A stretch of DNA of 64,000 bases from a virus (lineage: Duplodnaviria; Heunggongvirae; Uroviricota; Caudoviricetes): IMG/VR virus record IMGVR_UViG_3300027977_000006, one strand, 5' to 3'. The translations under genes were made by a program, and so were the position numbers. Positions 27,823 to 36,719 of the stretch are shown here, in pieces; positions within the stretch are counted from its first letter, which is position 1; each line of letters begins with the position of its first letter. Below the pieces are notes generated by a model. It had not been told where the DNA came from, searched no databases, and worked only from the letters and a program-made list of their open reading frames with translations.

Positions 27823-27977
27823 ACAGCATTTAAATTATCAATTAGCTGTATTACTTTTTTGTACCTCTCTTTTTCATCTTTTGAATCTGTAAGGTCTGAA
27901 AGGTTTTTTAAGTGTTTTTGGTACTGCAAACGGCTAAGATAATCAATAGACCTTAGTTGTGTTTCAATTTGACTCAT
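27801..27977 (-). CDS. hypothetical protein (58 aa; start MSQIETQ; the longer ORF-track version would overlap its own promoter)
   Basis: Promoter at 27997-28034 lies inside the N-terminal extension. Confidence 0.5.
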   Translation of the reverse strand: MSQIETQLRSIDYLSRLQYQKHLKNLSDLTDSKDEKERYKKVIQLIDNLNAVNFEFSN

Positions 27978-27996
27978 TGCTTCTTTGTTTTTGTTA

Positions 27997-28034
27997 CTGC
28001 AAAGATAATAAAGTTTTTGGTGTTTCCAAAATTT
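27997..28034 (-). promoter_or_regulatory. Consensus early promoter
   Basis: CTGCAAAGATAATAAAGTTTTTGGTGTTTCCAAAAT. Confidence 0.6.
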
Positions 28035-28317
28035 ATTTAACATTTAGTTTTTTTAACAAATAGTCTTTATTTGACTTACTTATAATAAAAACATATTGTT
28101 TACTGTTTTTATCCATTTCGGAAAAGTAATATAAAACCTCTTTATCACCATGAAACTGATTGGCAATAACCACATTAGTAGTAATGACTTCGATATAATC
28201 ACCACCATTTACCAATTTCAATTCTTCGTTTATTACTAATTCTGTTTTATTGTTATTTGCTTTGGTAACAATAAAAGTAGTTGCTAATACCAATAAAATT
28301 AAAATGATTTTTTTCAT
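28033..28317 (-). CDS. Secreted small protein (signal peptide MKKIILILLVLATTFIVTKA)
   Basis: N-terminal signal peptide. Confidence 0.55.
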   Translation of the reverse strand: MKKIILILLVLATTFIVTKANNNKTELVINEELKLVNGGDYIEVITTNVVIANQFHGDKEVLYYFSEMDKNSKQYVFIISKSNKDYLLKKLNVK

Positions 28318-28336
28318 AGTTGTTTGTTTTTTGTTA

Positions 28337-28372
28337 CTGCAAAGATAATAAAGTTTTCCTAATTTCCAAACC
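28337..28372 (-). promoter_or_regulatory. Consensus early promoter
   Basis: CTGCAAAGATAATAAAGTTTTCCTAATTTCCAAA. Confidence 0.6.
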
Positions 28373-28380
28373 CCAATTTG

Positions 28381-28827
28381 TTAAAAATTAGGGTTTAGTT
28401 TCCATTCTAATTTATATGTAGGGTTATATCTACCACCCGAACACTTACCACATGAAGCCGAATTTTTAGGTGCTTTATGCTTTTTGTGTGTTGTATTACA
28501 ACCAACACATAGTGCAATATACCTTGATTGTGGTGTGTTCACTTCTGCTGAACTATAACAGCGTTCACCATTGCACCCTATCTCTATTGCTTTTCTTTTC
28601 CATACCCAATCATGCCCATGCTTTGCACCAACCAAAGCGTGTGCTATTTCATGTAGAATTGTGTCCTTTACTTTTGCTTCATCGTTTAAGGCTACGAGGT
28701 GTTGCGATAACCCTATTCTTTTGGTTCTGAATCTGCATACGCCAAACCTGCGCCTTGCGTTGTCAAATTCAAATTGCCAGCCACTTTGAATAAGCCCATG
28801 CTCCAACATAAGATTAAAGGGTTCCAT
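28381..28827 (-). CDS. SprT-like zinc metallopeptidase (HEIAHAL, HGHDWVW, Cys-rich zinc ribbon)
   Basis: HExxH…H plus CxxC…CxxC; start moved to MEPFNL to clear the promoter at 28847. Confidence 0.55.
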   Translation of the reverse strand: MEPFNLMLEHGLIQSGWQFEFDNARRRFGVCRFRTKRIGLSQHLVALNDEAKVKDTILHEIAHALVGAKHGHDWVWKRKAIEIGCNGERCYSSAEVNTPQSRYIALCVGCNTTHKKHKAPKNSASCGKCSGGRYNPTYKLEWKLNPNF

Positions 28828-28901
28828 TGTTGTTTTGTTTGATAAGGCAAAGATAGTAAAAGTTTTCCGAATTTCCAAATTAATTTAAAAAAAAAATTTT
28901 T

Positions 28902-28935
28902 TTGGAAATGTTATTTTTTATTTCTACCTTTGCAG
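28902..28935 (+). promoter_or_regulatory. Rightward consensus promoter (TTTGG…TACCTTTGCAG) for 28950..29129
   Basis: -33 TTTG and -7 TACCTTTG on the plus strand, divergent from the 28847 leftward promoter. Confidence 0.55.
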
Positions 28936-28949
28936 TAAATAATTCAAAT

Positions 28950-29129
28950 ATGATAGACGCATTATTAAGTATGTTTAGTAAGAAACAACAAAGTAATTCA
29001 GATATTACCCCAAAACCTGTTACCAACGTTACTTATCCATTCGAGGGTTATAAAAATCTATCTTTGGGTGAACGCTACAAAGTAATAGAGCAAGGTATGT
29101 TGGAAAATAAAGTCTTTATGAGAAAATAA
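28950..29129 (+). CDS. hypothetical protein (59 aa)
   Basis: ORF downstream of the plus promoter. Confidence 0.4.
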   Translation: MIDALLSMFSKKQQSNSDITPKPVTNVTYPFEGYKNLSLGERYKVIEQGMLENKVFMRK

Positions 29130-29142
29130 AGTTGAAGATAAA

Positions 29143-29176
29143 TTTGGAAATTAAATAAATTTGTCTATCTTTGCAC
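29143..29176 (+). promoter_or_regulatory. Rightward consensus promoter (TTTGG…TATCTTTGCA) for 29199..29465
   Basis: Motif match. Confidence 0.55.
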
Positions 29177-29198
29177 TGTTAAACAAAACAAACGTTCT

Positions 29199-29465
29199 AT
29201 GACAAATTTTGAAAAAGCTGTCGCCCAAGCTAAAGAGGGTAAACTGCAAACACCAAGTGTTAGCTATGGTAGCAAACAAATTGATTACTTTGGCTATCAA
29301 CTGGCAACTCATCACTTCAACCTTAAACTCATGGCAAAAGGCATGGCATTTAAACGTGTAAGGTTAAAAGACCTGAAAGATTACTATGGTCTGAAAGGTA
29401 GAACAGCTGCTGATTGTTTGCCACAATTTGAAAAGATTATGGCAGACTACAAAGCAAGTCTGTAA
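29199..29465 (+). CDS. hypothetical protein (88 aa)
   Basis: ORF. Confidence 0.5.
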   Translation: MTNFEKAVAQAKEGKLQTPSVSYGSKQIDYFGYQLATHHFNLKLMAKGMAFKRVRLKDLKDYYGLKGRTAADCLPQFEKIMADYKASL

Positions 29466-29469
29466 AAAT

Positions 29470-29500
29470 GAAGGGGCTACCAATTAGGTAGCCCTTTTTC
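29470..29500. terminator. Bidirectional terminator (GGGCTACC-AATTA-GGTAGCCC plus T5) between convergent genes
   Basis: Perfect 8-bp stem. Confidence 0.6.
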
Positions 29501-29711
29501 ATTTCCTTTTACTATCAGCCACAGCCCAATTCCAACGCTCTCTTAATTCATTATCCATATCACCAGAGTATATTTTAATTATCTCTTCACTGGTGAACCT
29601 TTCTGGACATCTTTTAAGATACCAATGCGACTTCGCATTTGGTGTAAAGTCTGTTGGATAAAATGCAAAGTCCATAAGCACAATCCAATCTAAAAAGTCT
29701 GTTGTATTCAT
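29499..29711 (-). CDS. hypothetical protein (70 aa)
   Basis: ORF. Confidence 0.5.
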   Translation of the reverse strand: MNTTDFLDWIVLMDFAFYPTDFTPNAKSHWYLKRCPERFTSEEIIKIYSGDMDNELRERWNWAVADSKRK

Positions 29712-30061
29712 TATCGTTGTATTTTAGACATCATTACAATTTTTCCTTTGCAGTACTCTTTCATTTCTTTCTTGGTGTGAAAGCAGATAGGGTTCTCAAA
29801 CCAAGCCACCCATTTCAGTTGTTTCTTTCTCTTTGTCGCCATATGTACGCAATTGTGTATAGTTAGGTTAAGACTGCTCTATCTAAGAGTATTTGATAAG
29901 CTAATTTGAACTCGTGTGCTCTGTTAAGACGCAAATTAAATTCTATTGCTATCAGCCTTAATTGTTTGATGACTAATGATACTGGCATAGTTTTTTTGTT
30001 TTTGATTATGGAAACAAAGATAAGGAGAATCTTTCAATTCTCCAAATCTTTGATAAATTAT

Positions 30062-30442
30062 TTATGAGGTAAAATATGGATTAACTTTATCCACAGCTTC
30101 ACTTTCAAGTCTTGCTTTAACGTAAGATGTCGCAACAACATCATTAGGGTCATATACATACGCTCCATTGCTTGAAGCAACCCCAAATTGCCCATTAGAT
30201 AACCCCCAAAAGTAATACCTTACATTTTCATCAATGGTATCTAATTGGTTTAAAGCATTGGCACATACTTCGTTTAATTCGGAGAATAATCTAACATTAC
30301 CCGTAACGCTAGATAAGATAGCCAATTTCATATTGCCATTGGCAAATTCTTTTGCTTCAGTTGTTCGTCCTACTTTGTTTAAAGCTTCAACCAAATATGG
30401 TTTGTAGGCTCCCGCTTGTGGTCTTGAGAATGGATTGTTCAT
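30062..30442 (-). CDS. hypothetical protein (126 aa)
   Basis: ORF; variant promoter (CTGCAAATATAGATAA…TCAAATTT) at 30461-30500. Confidence 0.5.
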   Translation of the reverse strand: MNNPFSRPQAGAYKPYLVEALNKVGRTTEAKEFANGNMKLAILSSVTGNVRLFSELNEVCANALNQLDTIDENVRYYFWGLSNGQFGVASSNGAYVYDPNDVVATSYVKARLESEAVDKVNPYFTS

Positions 30443-30805
30443 ATTTTTAATTGTTTAGACTGCAAATATAGATAAACTATTTTAAATTATCAAATTTATT
30501 TTACAATTTTTATAAATTCACTAATTTTTCTCTTGTAATAAATTCATTATTTCTCTTGTTAGAGAGCCTGCCGTTCTGAAACCATCATTACTCCACAATA
30601 TAATTAGATATTCTATTTCTGAATATAATTTTTTTTCTTCTTCTGTTAATTTTTCAAATTCCATAATTTATTTTTTTATAAGGTAAAACAAAAAAAAAAT
30701 ACATACTTATAACAACAAATATAAGAAATAAATTTTGATTCACCTAATTTTTATATCTATTTGTTTACTGCAAAGATAATAATTAAATCTGAATTACCAA
30801 ATGTT

Positions 30806-31099
30806 TTACTTAATTCTTTCAATATATTTTCCATGCATAAAAATATCACCCAACCCAACTTCATCAGTAGGTAAAACAACCGCCAAACAATAATTAAGAA
30901 TTTCCTCTCTATGCTCTTTGGCAATATCATCTTGTTCACCCTTTAATCGGTAAACAAATTCTCTCGGCTCACCTTCTTCCACATCATTTTCAAATGCGTG
31001 TAGTAGTTTTGTGTTTAAATCATAAAACACATCAAATGTATTGTCATTGGTAGTATTGTCTGCCAACTCAACTTCTTCTAAAAATAAATCTAAACTCAT
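30806..31099 (-). CDS. hypothetical acidic protein (97 aa)
   Basis: ORF; promoter of the next gene at 30766-30805. Confidence 0.5.
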   Translation of the reverse strand: MSLDLFLEEVELADNTTNDNTFDVFYDLNTKLLHAFENDVEEGEPREFVYRLKGEQDDIAKEHREEILNYCLAVVLPTDEVGLGDIFMHGKYIERIK

Positions 31100-31124
31100 C
31101 TTAATTTATTTAAGTGTTATACAA

Positions 31125-31322
31125 TTATTTATTCTCAACTTCAATTATGTATATGCCTTGTTCATCCCATTCCTCTTTGGTAAAAGGTTCGTCAGAATGT
31201 TGGTTTAAAAACTCAACCGCTTGTTCATCCGTTTCAAAATAAATTACTTCATTATCCTCATTAAGGACATATTCGTAATCATTCAATGATATACCCTCTT
31301 GGTGTCTTGCTATTACTTTCAT
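31125..31322 (-). CDS. hypothetical acidic protein (65 aa)
   Basis: ORF. Confidence 0.45.
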   Translation of the reverse strand: MKVIARHQEGISLNDYEYVLNEDNEVIYFETDEQAVEFLNQHSDEPFTKEEWDEQGIYIIEVENK

Positions 31323-31328
31323 CTTAAT

Positions 31329-31655
31329 TTATTTAAGTGTTATACTATTTTTACTGCAAACATATTCAATCAAATGTTTCTTTACTTCTTCATCCACAAC
31401 AAAGTTATCAAACGCTTTTTGGCTGAAACGTGCCATATCTTTAAGGTGTTTCTTAATTCCACTAAAAGCAGTAAAACTCTCACTTACCATTCCACCCTCG
31501 TGTGTTGTTCTGTTCACTGGTGAAACACTTAAATAAATTCCTCTACTTTCGTTTGTACTTGTAAAGTAATTCATTCCACCCTTTGTGTAATATAATTCCA
31601 CTTTCAAGTGTGTTGCGTTACCCGAAGCAACCTCTATGTATTCTTTATTTCTCAT
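31329..31655 (-). CDS. hypothetical protein (108 aa; start MRNKEYIE)
   Basis: Promoter at 31670-31706. Confidence 0.5.
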   Translation of the reverse strand: MRNKEYIEVASGNATHLKVELYYTKGGMNYFTSTNESRGIYLSVSPVNRTTHEGGMVSESFTAFSGIKKHLKDMARFSQKAFDNFVVDEEVKKHLIEYVCSKNSITLK

Positions 31656-31669
31656 TGTTTGTTTGTTTA

Positions 31670-31706
31670 ATGCAAAGATAATAAACTTTTTGGTATTTCC
31701 AAATTT
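31670..31706 (-). promoter_or_regulatory. Consensus early promoter
   Basis: AATGCAAAGATAATAAACTTTTTGGTATTTCCAAATTT. Confidence 0.6.
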
Positions 31707-31890
31707 ATCCTTCAATTAGTTTTAAATCTGCACAGTAAACTTCAATGTATTCTATTGCATCTGATACACCTAATACTGAATAGCTAAAATCTTCGTTCTC
31801 GATAACTATTTTTTCAACAAAGACAATAAATTCACGTTCATTACCTTTGAATATAGTTTTTTCTTCTAAATTGTTATAGATTTCGTACAT
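31705..31890 (-). CDS. hypothetical protein (61 aa)
   Basis: Promoter at 31906-31945. Confidence 0.45.
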   Translation of the reverse strand: MYEIYNNLEEKTIFKGNEREFIVFVEKIVIENEDFSYSVLGVSDAIEYIEVYCADLKLIEG

Positions 31891-31925
31891 AATTTTGTTT
31901 TAATTGTTTCTGCAAAGATAATAAA

Positions 31926-32213
31926 TTAATTTGAATTTCCAAATACTCTTTCAACTTCTGTATCTTGAAAAATTAAACACACTCCTTCTCTCTTTGCAAC
32001 TAATTTTGGTAGGTTATGTGAATATCGGTCAGGTTGTGAAAATCTTTTGCGTAAGAACATAGCAATACTTTCCATTTCAGAACAATTTACTTGTCCTATT
32101 ATTAATTCTAACCACCCACCATACGCTTTGCCAGCGTCATAAGGTTTTGCTTTTATGTTGGTATCTTCACTAAACGCTTCGTGTAGTTTATTTAAAAGGT
32201 TTTCTCGTGTCAT
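31926..32213 (-). CDS. hypothetical protein (95 aa)
   Basis: Promoter at 32232-32268. Confidence 0.5.
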   Translation of the reverse strand: MTRENLLNKLHEAFSEDTNIKAKPYDAGKAYGGWLELIIGQVNCSEMESIAMFLRKRFSQPDRYSHNLPKLVAKREGVCLIFQDTEVERVFGNSN

Positions 32214-32231
32214 TGTTATACGTTTTTGTTA

Positions 32232-32268
32232 CTGCAAAGATAATAAACTTTTTGGTATTTCCAAATTT
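32232..32268 (-). promoter_or_regulatory. Consensus early promoter
   Basis: CTGCAAAGATAATAAACTTTTTGGTATTTCCAAATTT. Confidence 0.6.
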
Positions 32269-32393
32269 TTATTTAATTTAATTTTTACAAACTTTGACAT
32301 AACCAAAAGGTTTAGTATAAGTTATTGTATAAGCATACTTTGTCCAATGAGCTATCCAAAGCTGTAATATGTAAAGTTCTTCCGCCTTATTCA
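32259..32393 (-). CDS. small hypothetical protein (44 aa, MNKAEELYILQLW…), below the ORF-track cutoff
   Basis: ORF placed exactly between its own consensus promoter (32416-32452) and the next promoter. Confidence 0.3.
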
Positions 32394-32457
32394 TATAAAT
32401 TTGTTTTTGTTAGGTCAAAGATAATAAAACTTTTTGGCATTTCCAAATTTTTCTTCA

Positions 32458-32487
32458 AAAAAAAAAAGGTGCATTTCTGCACCCCTT
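32458..32487 (-). terminator. Rho-independent terminator (GGTGCA-GAAA-TGCACC plus T10 on the minus strand) after 32516..33190
   Basis: Hairpin immediately followed by a 10-nt T-run. Confidence 0.65.
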
Positions 32488-32515
32488 TCATCATCAAACA
32501 AACAAACAAATTTAT

Positions 32516-33190
32516 TTAACTTTCAGCAACAAGTAATGTTTTATATTCTTGCTCTGTTAAGTGTCTTGCTGACTTTAACTCTGTATATTTTCCTTTTGGT
32601 TTAATCAGTATGCAATCACCTTGTCGGATAATCTTTTCAATGTTTCCTTTTGGTACATTGGTTTGTATCGTCCAAGCAATACATTGTAAGGCATTAATTT
32701 TGCTAACTTCAAAGTTCCAACTATTTTCGTTATTGGTGTTATACACACTTCTTGGTTCAACCCAAATAAGGTATTCTCTATCTGTTGAGGTATCTTTGCA
32801 TTTCACATAGTATGAATTTTGCATTTTTTGCCAACTTTCCAACCCTTTATTAAACACTTCACCCGATACTTCGTAAAATTCGTATGTATCATTAAATTTG
32901 TGTTCAACAACTTCACCATTCTCTGTTACCCAAATAGTTGTTTTAGACAGCGTTTTTTTGCTAATTAGTTTAGGGTTTACTTCACTAACCAACCTTTCCA
33001 ACCCCAATATAATGATACCAACTCGCCTTTGTTCAAGGTTCGGCAAACTCGCAATATCTTTAAAAGATAAAGGTTTAATGTCTGCCCAAATGTCAGCAAG
33101 TTCTTCAAATGGGCAAGTTTCGTGTTTCAGTTTAAGTAAACCGCACCCTAAATCGTAAGGGAATTTTGTGTTGTTGATTACTATTTGCAT
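32516..33190 (-). CDS. hypothetical protein (224 aa)
   Basis: ORF; promoter at 33211-33248. Confidence 0.55.
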   Translation of the reverse strand: MQIVINNTKFPYDLGCGLLKLKHETCPFEELADIWADIKPLSFKDIASLPNLEQRRVGIIILGLERLVSEVNPKLISKKTLSKTTIWVTENGEVVEHKFNDTYEFYEVSGEVFNKGLESWQKMQNSYYVKCKDTSTDREYLIWVEPRSVYNTNNENSWNFEVSKINALQCIAWTIQTNVPKGNIEKIIRQGDCILIKPKGKYTELKSARHLTEQEYKTLLVAES

Positions 33191-33258
33191 ATTGTTTATT
33201 GTTTAGTGGAACAAAGATAAGAAAAAGGTTTGGTATTACCAAATTTATTATGGTTTTT

Positions 33259-33891
33259 TTATTCACTTTCTGTATAAACGTAATACTCTCTTGATACACT
33301 CAAAGTCAGTTCGTTACCTTCAAGTGTTAGTTCTTCATTATCTTCGTTTGTTGTATATGTTATCCAATCACTCGCTTCACCTTGTGCATTTTCGGGTTCA
33401 AAATCATAAGCTACTTTATTTATTTTTTCTTCCAATTCAGCAACCAATTTTTCTTGACTATCAGTTACAATAAAATCTTTTTTGTAGTTTATTGTAAAGC
33501 CATCACCACCACCATTGATATTATCCACAAATTCACTCACAAAGGCAGTTTCTTCATCAGTCAATGTAACAATGGCTTGTCCTGTAAAATGTTCACTCCA
33601 TTCGCTTTGTGCGTTCTTTGAGTAGTAAAAATCATCTTCATCTTCATTTAAAGTAATTTCAACAGTTCCACTTTCACCCATATAGTGTCCATCTGAATTT
33701 ACATAAAAATCAACTCGGTTATACACTACTCGGTCAAAATAATTAACCAATTCTTGATTTTCAACCAACTCACCCTCTTTGTCAAAAATCTCAATATCGG
33801 TTTCATTCATACTATCACCACCACAACTAAAATTAAAATTAACGTGGTCAATGTTTAACTCTTTCCAAAGGTTTACGATTTCTTTTTCCAT
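33259..33891 (-). CDS. hypothetical acidic protein (210 aa)
   Basis: ORF; promoter at 33916-33952. Confidence 0.55.
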   Translation of the reverse strand: MEKEIVNLWKELNIDHVNFNFSCGGDSMNETDIEIFDKEGELVENQELVNYFDRVVYNRVDFYVNSDGHYMGESGTVEITLNEDEDDFYYSKNAQSEWSEHFTGQAIVTLTDEETAFVSEFVDNINGGGDGFTINYKKDFIVTDSQEKLVAELEEKINKVAYDFEPENAQGEASDWITYTTNEDNEELTLEGNELTLSVSREYYVYTESE

Positions 33892-33915
33892 TTTTTTTTG
33901 TTTTTATTTGTTTAC

Positions 33916-33952
33916 TGCAAAGATAAGTATTATTTTTTAATCTACCAAATTT
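33916..33952 (-). promoter_or_regulatory. Consensus early promoter
   Basis: CTGCAAAGATAAGTATTATTTTTTAATCTACCAAATTT. Confidence 0.6.
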
Positions 33953-34346
33953 ATTGACGAATTTTCTCTAAAAATTCTTTTGCCGTTTGTTCAGCTTCGG
34001 GATTGTCAATATCTTTTACACCATTGTTAAACCAGGGCTGAACTTCAATGTGCTTCAAATAATCTTGTGGTGTTGGAACAAATTTCATTTTAAAATCTTC
34101 TGCAATATGTAGCATAGCAATATCAACAGTATCTACACTTTTGCCATCGGAATTTACAATGTTATAGCCAAATATCTTTGGAATAATCGTATAAGCAAAC
34201 CAAGTGTTATGTGTTAATACCCTTGCTGAATTATTGTTCATTGTAGCTTTTGGGCTATCAATTAATTCGTGAATTGGTAAATAATCTTCTACCTTGCCAC
34301 CCCAACGCTTAACTGAACTTTTTGAATGAATTAAAGGATTTGCCAT
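33951..34346 (-). CDS. hypothetical protein (131 aa)
   Basis: ORF; promoter at 34377-34412. Confidence 0.5.
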   Translation of the reverse strand: MANPLIHSKSSVKRWGGKVEDYLPIHELIDSPKATMNNNSARVLTHNTWFAYTIIPKIFGYNIVNSDGKSVDTVDIAMLHIAEDFKMKFVPTPQDYLKHIEVQPWFNNGVKDIDNPEAEQTAKEFLEKIRQ

Positions 34347-34416
34347 AACTGTTTGTTTTATTTGTTATTGATTATGGTGCAAAGATAAACAATTATTTTG
34401 AATTTCCAAATTTTAT

Positions 34417-34752
34417 TTAATGTTTTACAAATTTATTTTCATCAACATAAAACGAGAACATATTCATATACGTTGCTGATATTGAATTTTTAACATATAC
34501 TTGAATGTTAATTTTTCTCTGTGGCATAAATGTTTTTAATGTCCTTGCAAGTTGTTTTAAATTAAACTCCATATTGCTGGGTAACATTTCTATATCATAA
34601 GATAAACTAATTTGTTTTAACCCTTCATCATCAACTAAAACATTACCCTCACTATCTCTTACTTCGATTGATATTTTATATTTTTCAATCTTATTTTCCA
34701 TAGCTTTTACATAAGCATTTCTACCCTTTTGTGTTGATAAATCGTGTATCAT
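34417..34752 (-). CDS. hypothetical protein (111 aa)
   Basis: ORF; promoter at 34768-34805. Confidence 0.5.
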   Translation of the reverse strand: MIHDLSTQKGRNAYVKAMENKIEKYKISIEVRDSEGNVLVDDEGLKQISLSYDIEMLPSNMEFNLKQLARTLKTFMPQRKINIQVYVKNSISATYMNMFSFYVDENKFVKH

Positions 34753-34802
34753 ATTTTGTTTATTTACTGCAAAGATAATAAAAAAATTTGAACTACCAAA
34801 TT

Positions 34803-35045
34803 TTATTTAGAATTTTTCAATACCTCACCAATAGCTGTATGCAAATTTTTTAATTGCTCTCTTGTCATCAAAGGTATCATAATTCTATTAAAATTCAAAT
34901 CTCTTCGTTCTGAACGACTATCTTCATCAGGGTAAAAGTTATTATCTTCTATGCTAACATAACCAATATCACCCGTTAAACCAATAGACATGATATGTCC
35001 ATTTGCATAGGTTTGTCTTTGAGCAAGTTTTTGTGTTTTTGCCAT
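34803..35045 (-). CDS. hypothetical protein (80 aa)
   Basis: ORF. Confidence 0.5.
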   Translation of the reverse strand: MAKTQKLAQRQTYANGHIMSIGLTGDIGYVSIEDNNFYPDEDSRSERRDLNFNRIMIPLMTREQLKNLHTAIGEVLKNSK

Positions 35046-35072
35046 TTTAAATTACTTTATTTAAAGTTACAA

Positions 35073-35106
35073 GAAAATGGGTTGAGAATATCCCAACCCA
35101 TTTTTG
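35073..35106. terminator. Terminator hairpin (AATGGGTTG-AGAATATC-CAACCCATT plus TTTT)
   Basis: 9-bp stem; T-run on the plus side and TTTTCTTG on the minus side. Confidence 0.5.
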
Positions 35107-35114
35107 TTAATAAA

Positions 35115-35381
35115 TCAATCCCAAACCCTTGACACACTTTGAGAGAATGGATTGTACTCTACTTGCCTACCCATTACCCAATTACCTTGTTCAACTTGCA
35201 GTCCTTTGTGTTCGGCAAATTTGCCATTAGGTTCTTCGTGTTTTAACACGCTATCTGCTTTCACAGATATTTCTGCAAAATCTGTTAATGTTGCTTCTGT
35301 TGAGAAGTTACCATACAAGGTGTGTTGGTTTGCACCCTCACCTTTTAAGATTGTTTGTTTTGTTTTTCTACGTTTTGCCAT
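35115..35381 (-). CDS. hypothetical basic protein (89 aa; start MAKRRKTKQ)
   Basis: Promoter at 35402-35440. Confidence 0.5.
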   Translation of the reverse strand: MAKRRKTKQTILKGEGANQHTLYGNFSTEATLTDFAEISVKADSVLKHEEPNGKFAEHKGLQVEQGNWVMGRQVEYNPFSQSVSRVWD

Positions 35382-35478
35382 ATTGATTAGTTTTATTTGA
35401 TTGCAAAGATAGTAAATAAAATGATAAAAGCAAATAAAAACGGAAAAAAAATTTTTTTTTAAGAAAGTAAGATAAAAG

Positions 35479-35511
35479 TTTGGAAATTCAAAATAATTGT
35501 TTATCTTTGCA
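35479..35511 (+). promoter_or_regulatory. Rightward consensus promoter (TTTGG…TATCTTTGCA) for 35532..35789
   Basis: Motif match; divergent from the 35402 promoter. Confidence 0.55.
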
Positions 35512-35531
35512 CCAATCAAACAATCAAATAC

Positions 35532-35789
35532 ATGTCACAATCAACTCAACGTCCGCTATACGAAATAGCAAGAGAAATCAGGAAAGACTGGAAAGCAACA
35601 TCCAAAAACGGTATCTACTTTGGTGCTGCGCCCTACTTGGATGCAATGGAAAGCCTGACAGATAAAAACAGCAAGTACGGCTACGATTCAGCTAGTAGCA
35701 TTGTTAACTACTTCTTGGCGAATGCGTCAACCTACAGAGGTGACACAGCCAAACGTATCAAAGCTGAACTGAAGGCTATCATTAAATAA
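35532..35789 (+). CDS. hypothetical protein (85 aa)
   Basis: ORF. Confidence 0.5.
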   Translation: MSQSTQRPLYEIAREIRKDWKATSKNGIYFGAAPYLDAMESLTDKNSKYGYDSASSIVNYFLANASTYRGDTAKRIKAELKAIIK

Positions 35790-35803
35790 AGTAGGCTAAA
35801 TAA

Positions 35804-35835
35804 AGGCCCCAGAGAATCTCTGGGGTTTTTTTTTT
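35804..35835 (+). terminator. Rho-independent terminator (GGCCCCAGAGA-ATC-TCTGGGG plus T10)
   Basis: GC stem plus a 10-T run. Confidence 0.7.
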
Positions 35836-35895
35836 CAAAGCTTTTAGATGGTTTTGTTTACAGTAAGATATTTACAGTAAACAAAATTATTTAAA

Positions 35896-36207
35896 ATGAA
35901 AAACAACTACTTCTTCGGATGGGAAAACATCAAATGGTTTATCAGAGAAATTGGTAAAATCTATTCAGCTCAAGACTCATTCTTCTCTAAAAAAAGAATA
36001 GAATCTGGTGTAGCTTTCATCATTGCCCAATGGGGTATGATTTATTTCTTCCTTACACATCTTCCAACCCTAACAATGGGTGAATTCCTTTTATGGGCTG
36101 CTGCTGAATTCGCTGTTTCAGGTTATATCATAAACCAAATTCAAAAGGAAAAGATTACTTCAAAACCTGAAGAATCAGAACAAAATCCACAACAACTTAA
36201 CGATTAA
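35896..36207 (+). CDS. hypothetical membrane protein (103 aa; 2 transmembrane segments)
   Basis: ORF with hydrophobic segments. Confidence 0.5.
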   Translation: MKNNYFFGWENIKWFIREIGKIYSAQDSFFSKKRIESGVAFIIAQWGMIYFFLTHLPTLTMGEFLLWAAAEFAVSGYIINQIQKEKITSKPEESEQNPQQLND

Positions 36208-36209
36208 CT

Positions 36210-36660
36210 CAGCTCGGCTGTGGTCGTGTACACAAATGTGTTCACATTACAAAAGGCAAATGCCCAGACCGCAATATAGCAATCTGGGCACCGCTTTGTT
36301 TACATAATGAGTGTGAGCTCCGTTGATTACAAGGTTGCTCATTTCCTTGCAACCAACGGCACTCATTTTTGGCTCAATGGGATGCCTTCCCACCGACTTA
36401 CGCCTCTTGGCAGAGAACCGATTGGTTGAGATAGCGTGGAATCACTGCTACGGTACACAGAGGTTCTCGTCAGAGAGTTACGCATGGAAGTTGCCATCCC
36501 TAACCAAATGCACAAGTCAATGGCTAAAAACGGAACGGCATCGCTGGGGAACATAAGTTCCCCTACAAACAGAGGCTGTATCTTGAACGGAGATTAACAT
36601 GAGAGAGGTGTATTAAACCGACCTACTCAAACCAATATTTTAAAGAACTTCTATTAACTT
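36210..36660 (-). ncRNA. Candidate structured ncRNA 1 (~450 nt): GC-rich (~50%), ORF-free, promoter-driven
   Basis: Promoter at 36667-36703. Long hairpins that need G-U pairs only in the minus-strand transcript: CCGUUGGUUGCAAGG/CCUUGUAAUCAACGG (15 bp), GCCCAGAUUGC/GCGGUCUGGGC (11 bp), GGGGAAC-UUAU-GUUCCCC. Confidence 0.4.
36227..36246. repeat. Palindrome TGTACACAAATGTGTTCACA (copy with 1 mismatch)
   Basis: Shared with 50343-50360 and 50632-50651. Confidence 0.6.
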
Positions 36661-36666
36661 CGATAG

Positions 36667-36703
36667 TACAAAGGTACGAAAACTTTTTGAAACTACCAAA
36701 TCT
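36667..36703 (-). promoter_or_regulatory. Early-type promoter (TACAAAGGTACGAAAACTTTTTGAAACTACCAAAT)
   Basis: Motif match; no ORF downstream. Confidence 0.5.
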
Positions 36704-36719
36704 TTTTGAAACTTTTTTT

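Noticed and set aside
27801-28878. Longer N-terminal versions of several ORFs from the track (27801..28043, 28381..28878, 28902..29129, 31329..31715, 35115..35519, 37428..37700, 37701..37979, 43793..44395, 47994..48434, 51403..52071, 55021..55914)
   Set aside because: The extensions overlap the genes' own conserved promoters, and are hydrophobic or low-complexity. Internal ATGs just downstream of the promoter give compact, sensible starts, so the coordinates were trimmed.
29712-29990. Two tiny minus-strand ORFs (about 44 aa at 29712..29842 and about 40 aa at 29863..29984) between 29499..29711 and the promoter at 30010-30050
   Set aside because: They are suggested by a well-formed consensus promoter at 30010-30050 with no other gene to serve. 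They are too short and compositionally unremarkable to call confidently. The position of a CTTTGCAG-like box inside one of them makes the frame ambiguous.
30757-30939. ORF 30757..30939 (-)
   Set aside because: It lies entirely inside 30806..31099 in another frame and runs across the promoter at 30766-30805.
36323-36556. Overlapping ORFs 36323..36556 (+) and 36363..36554 (-) in the GC-rich island
   Set aside because: The two ORFs overlap each other on opposite strands and neither has protein-like composition. The region shows RNA-specific (G-U) stem conservation instead.
36210-36660. Identification of the GC-rich RNA as tmRNA, RNase P RNA, 6S RNA or a group I intron
   Set aside because: Searched by eye and found no tag-peptide reading frame with a tRNA-like 3' end, no RNase P P4 / CR-I to CR-V consensus (AGGAAAGUCCGGGCUCC and related), and no group I P7 / GU-wobble exon junction. 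It remains unclassified.
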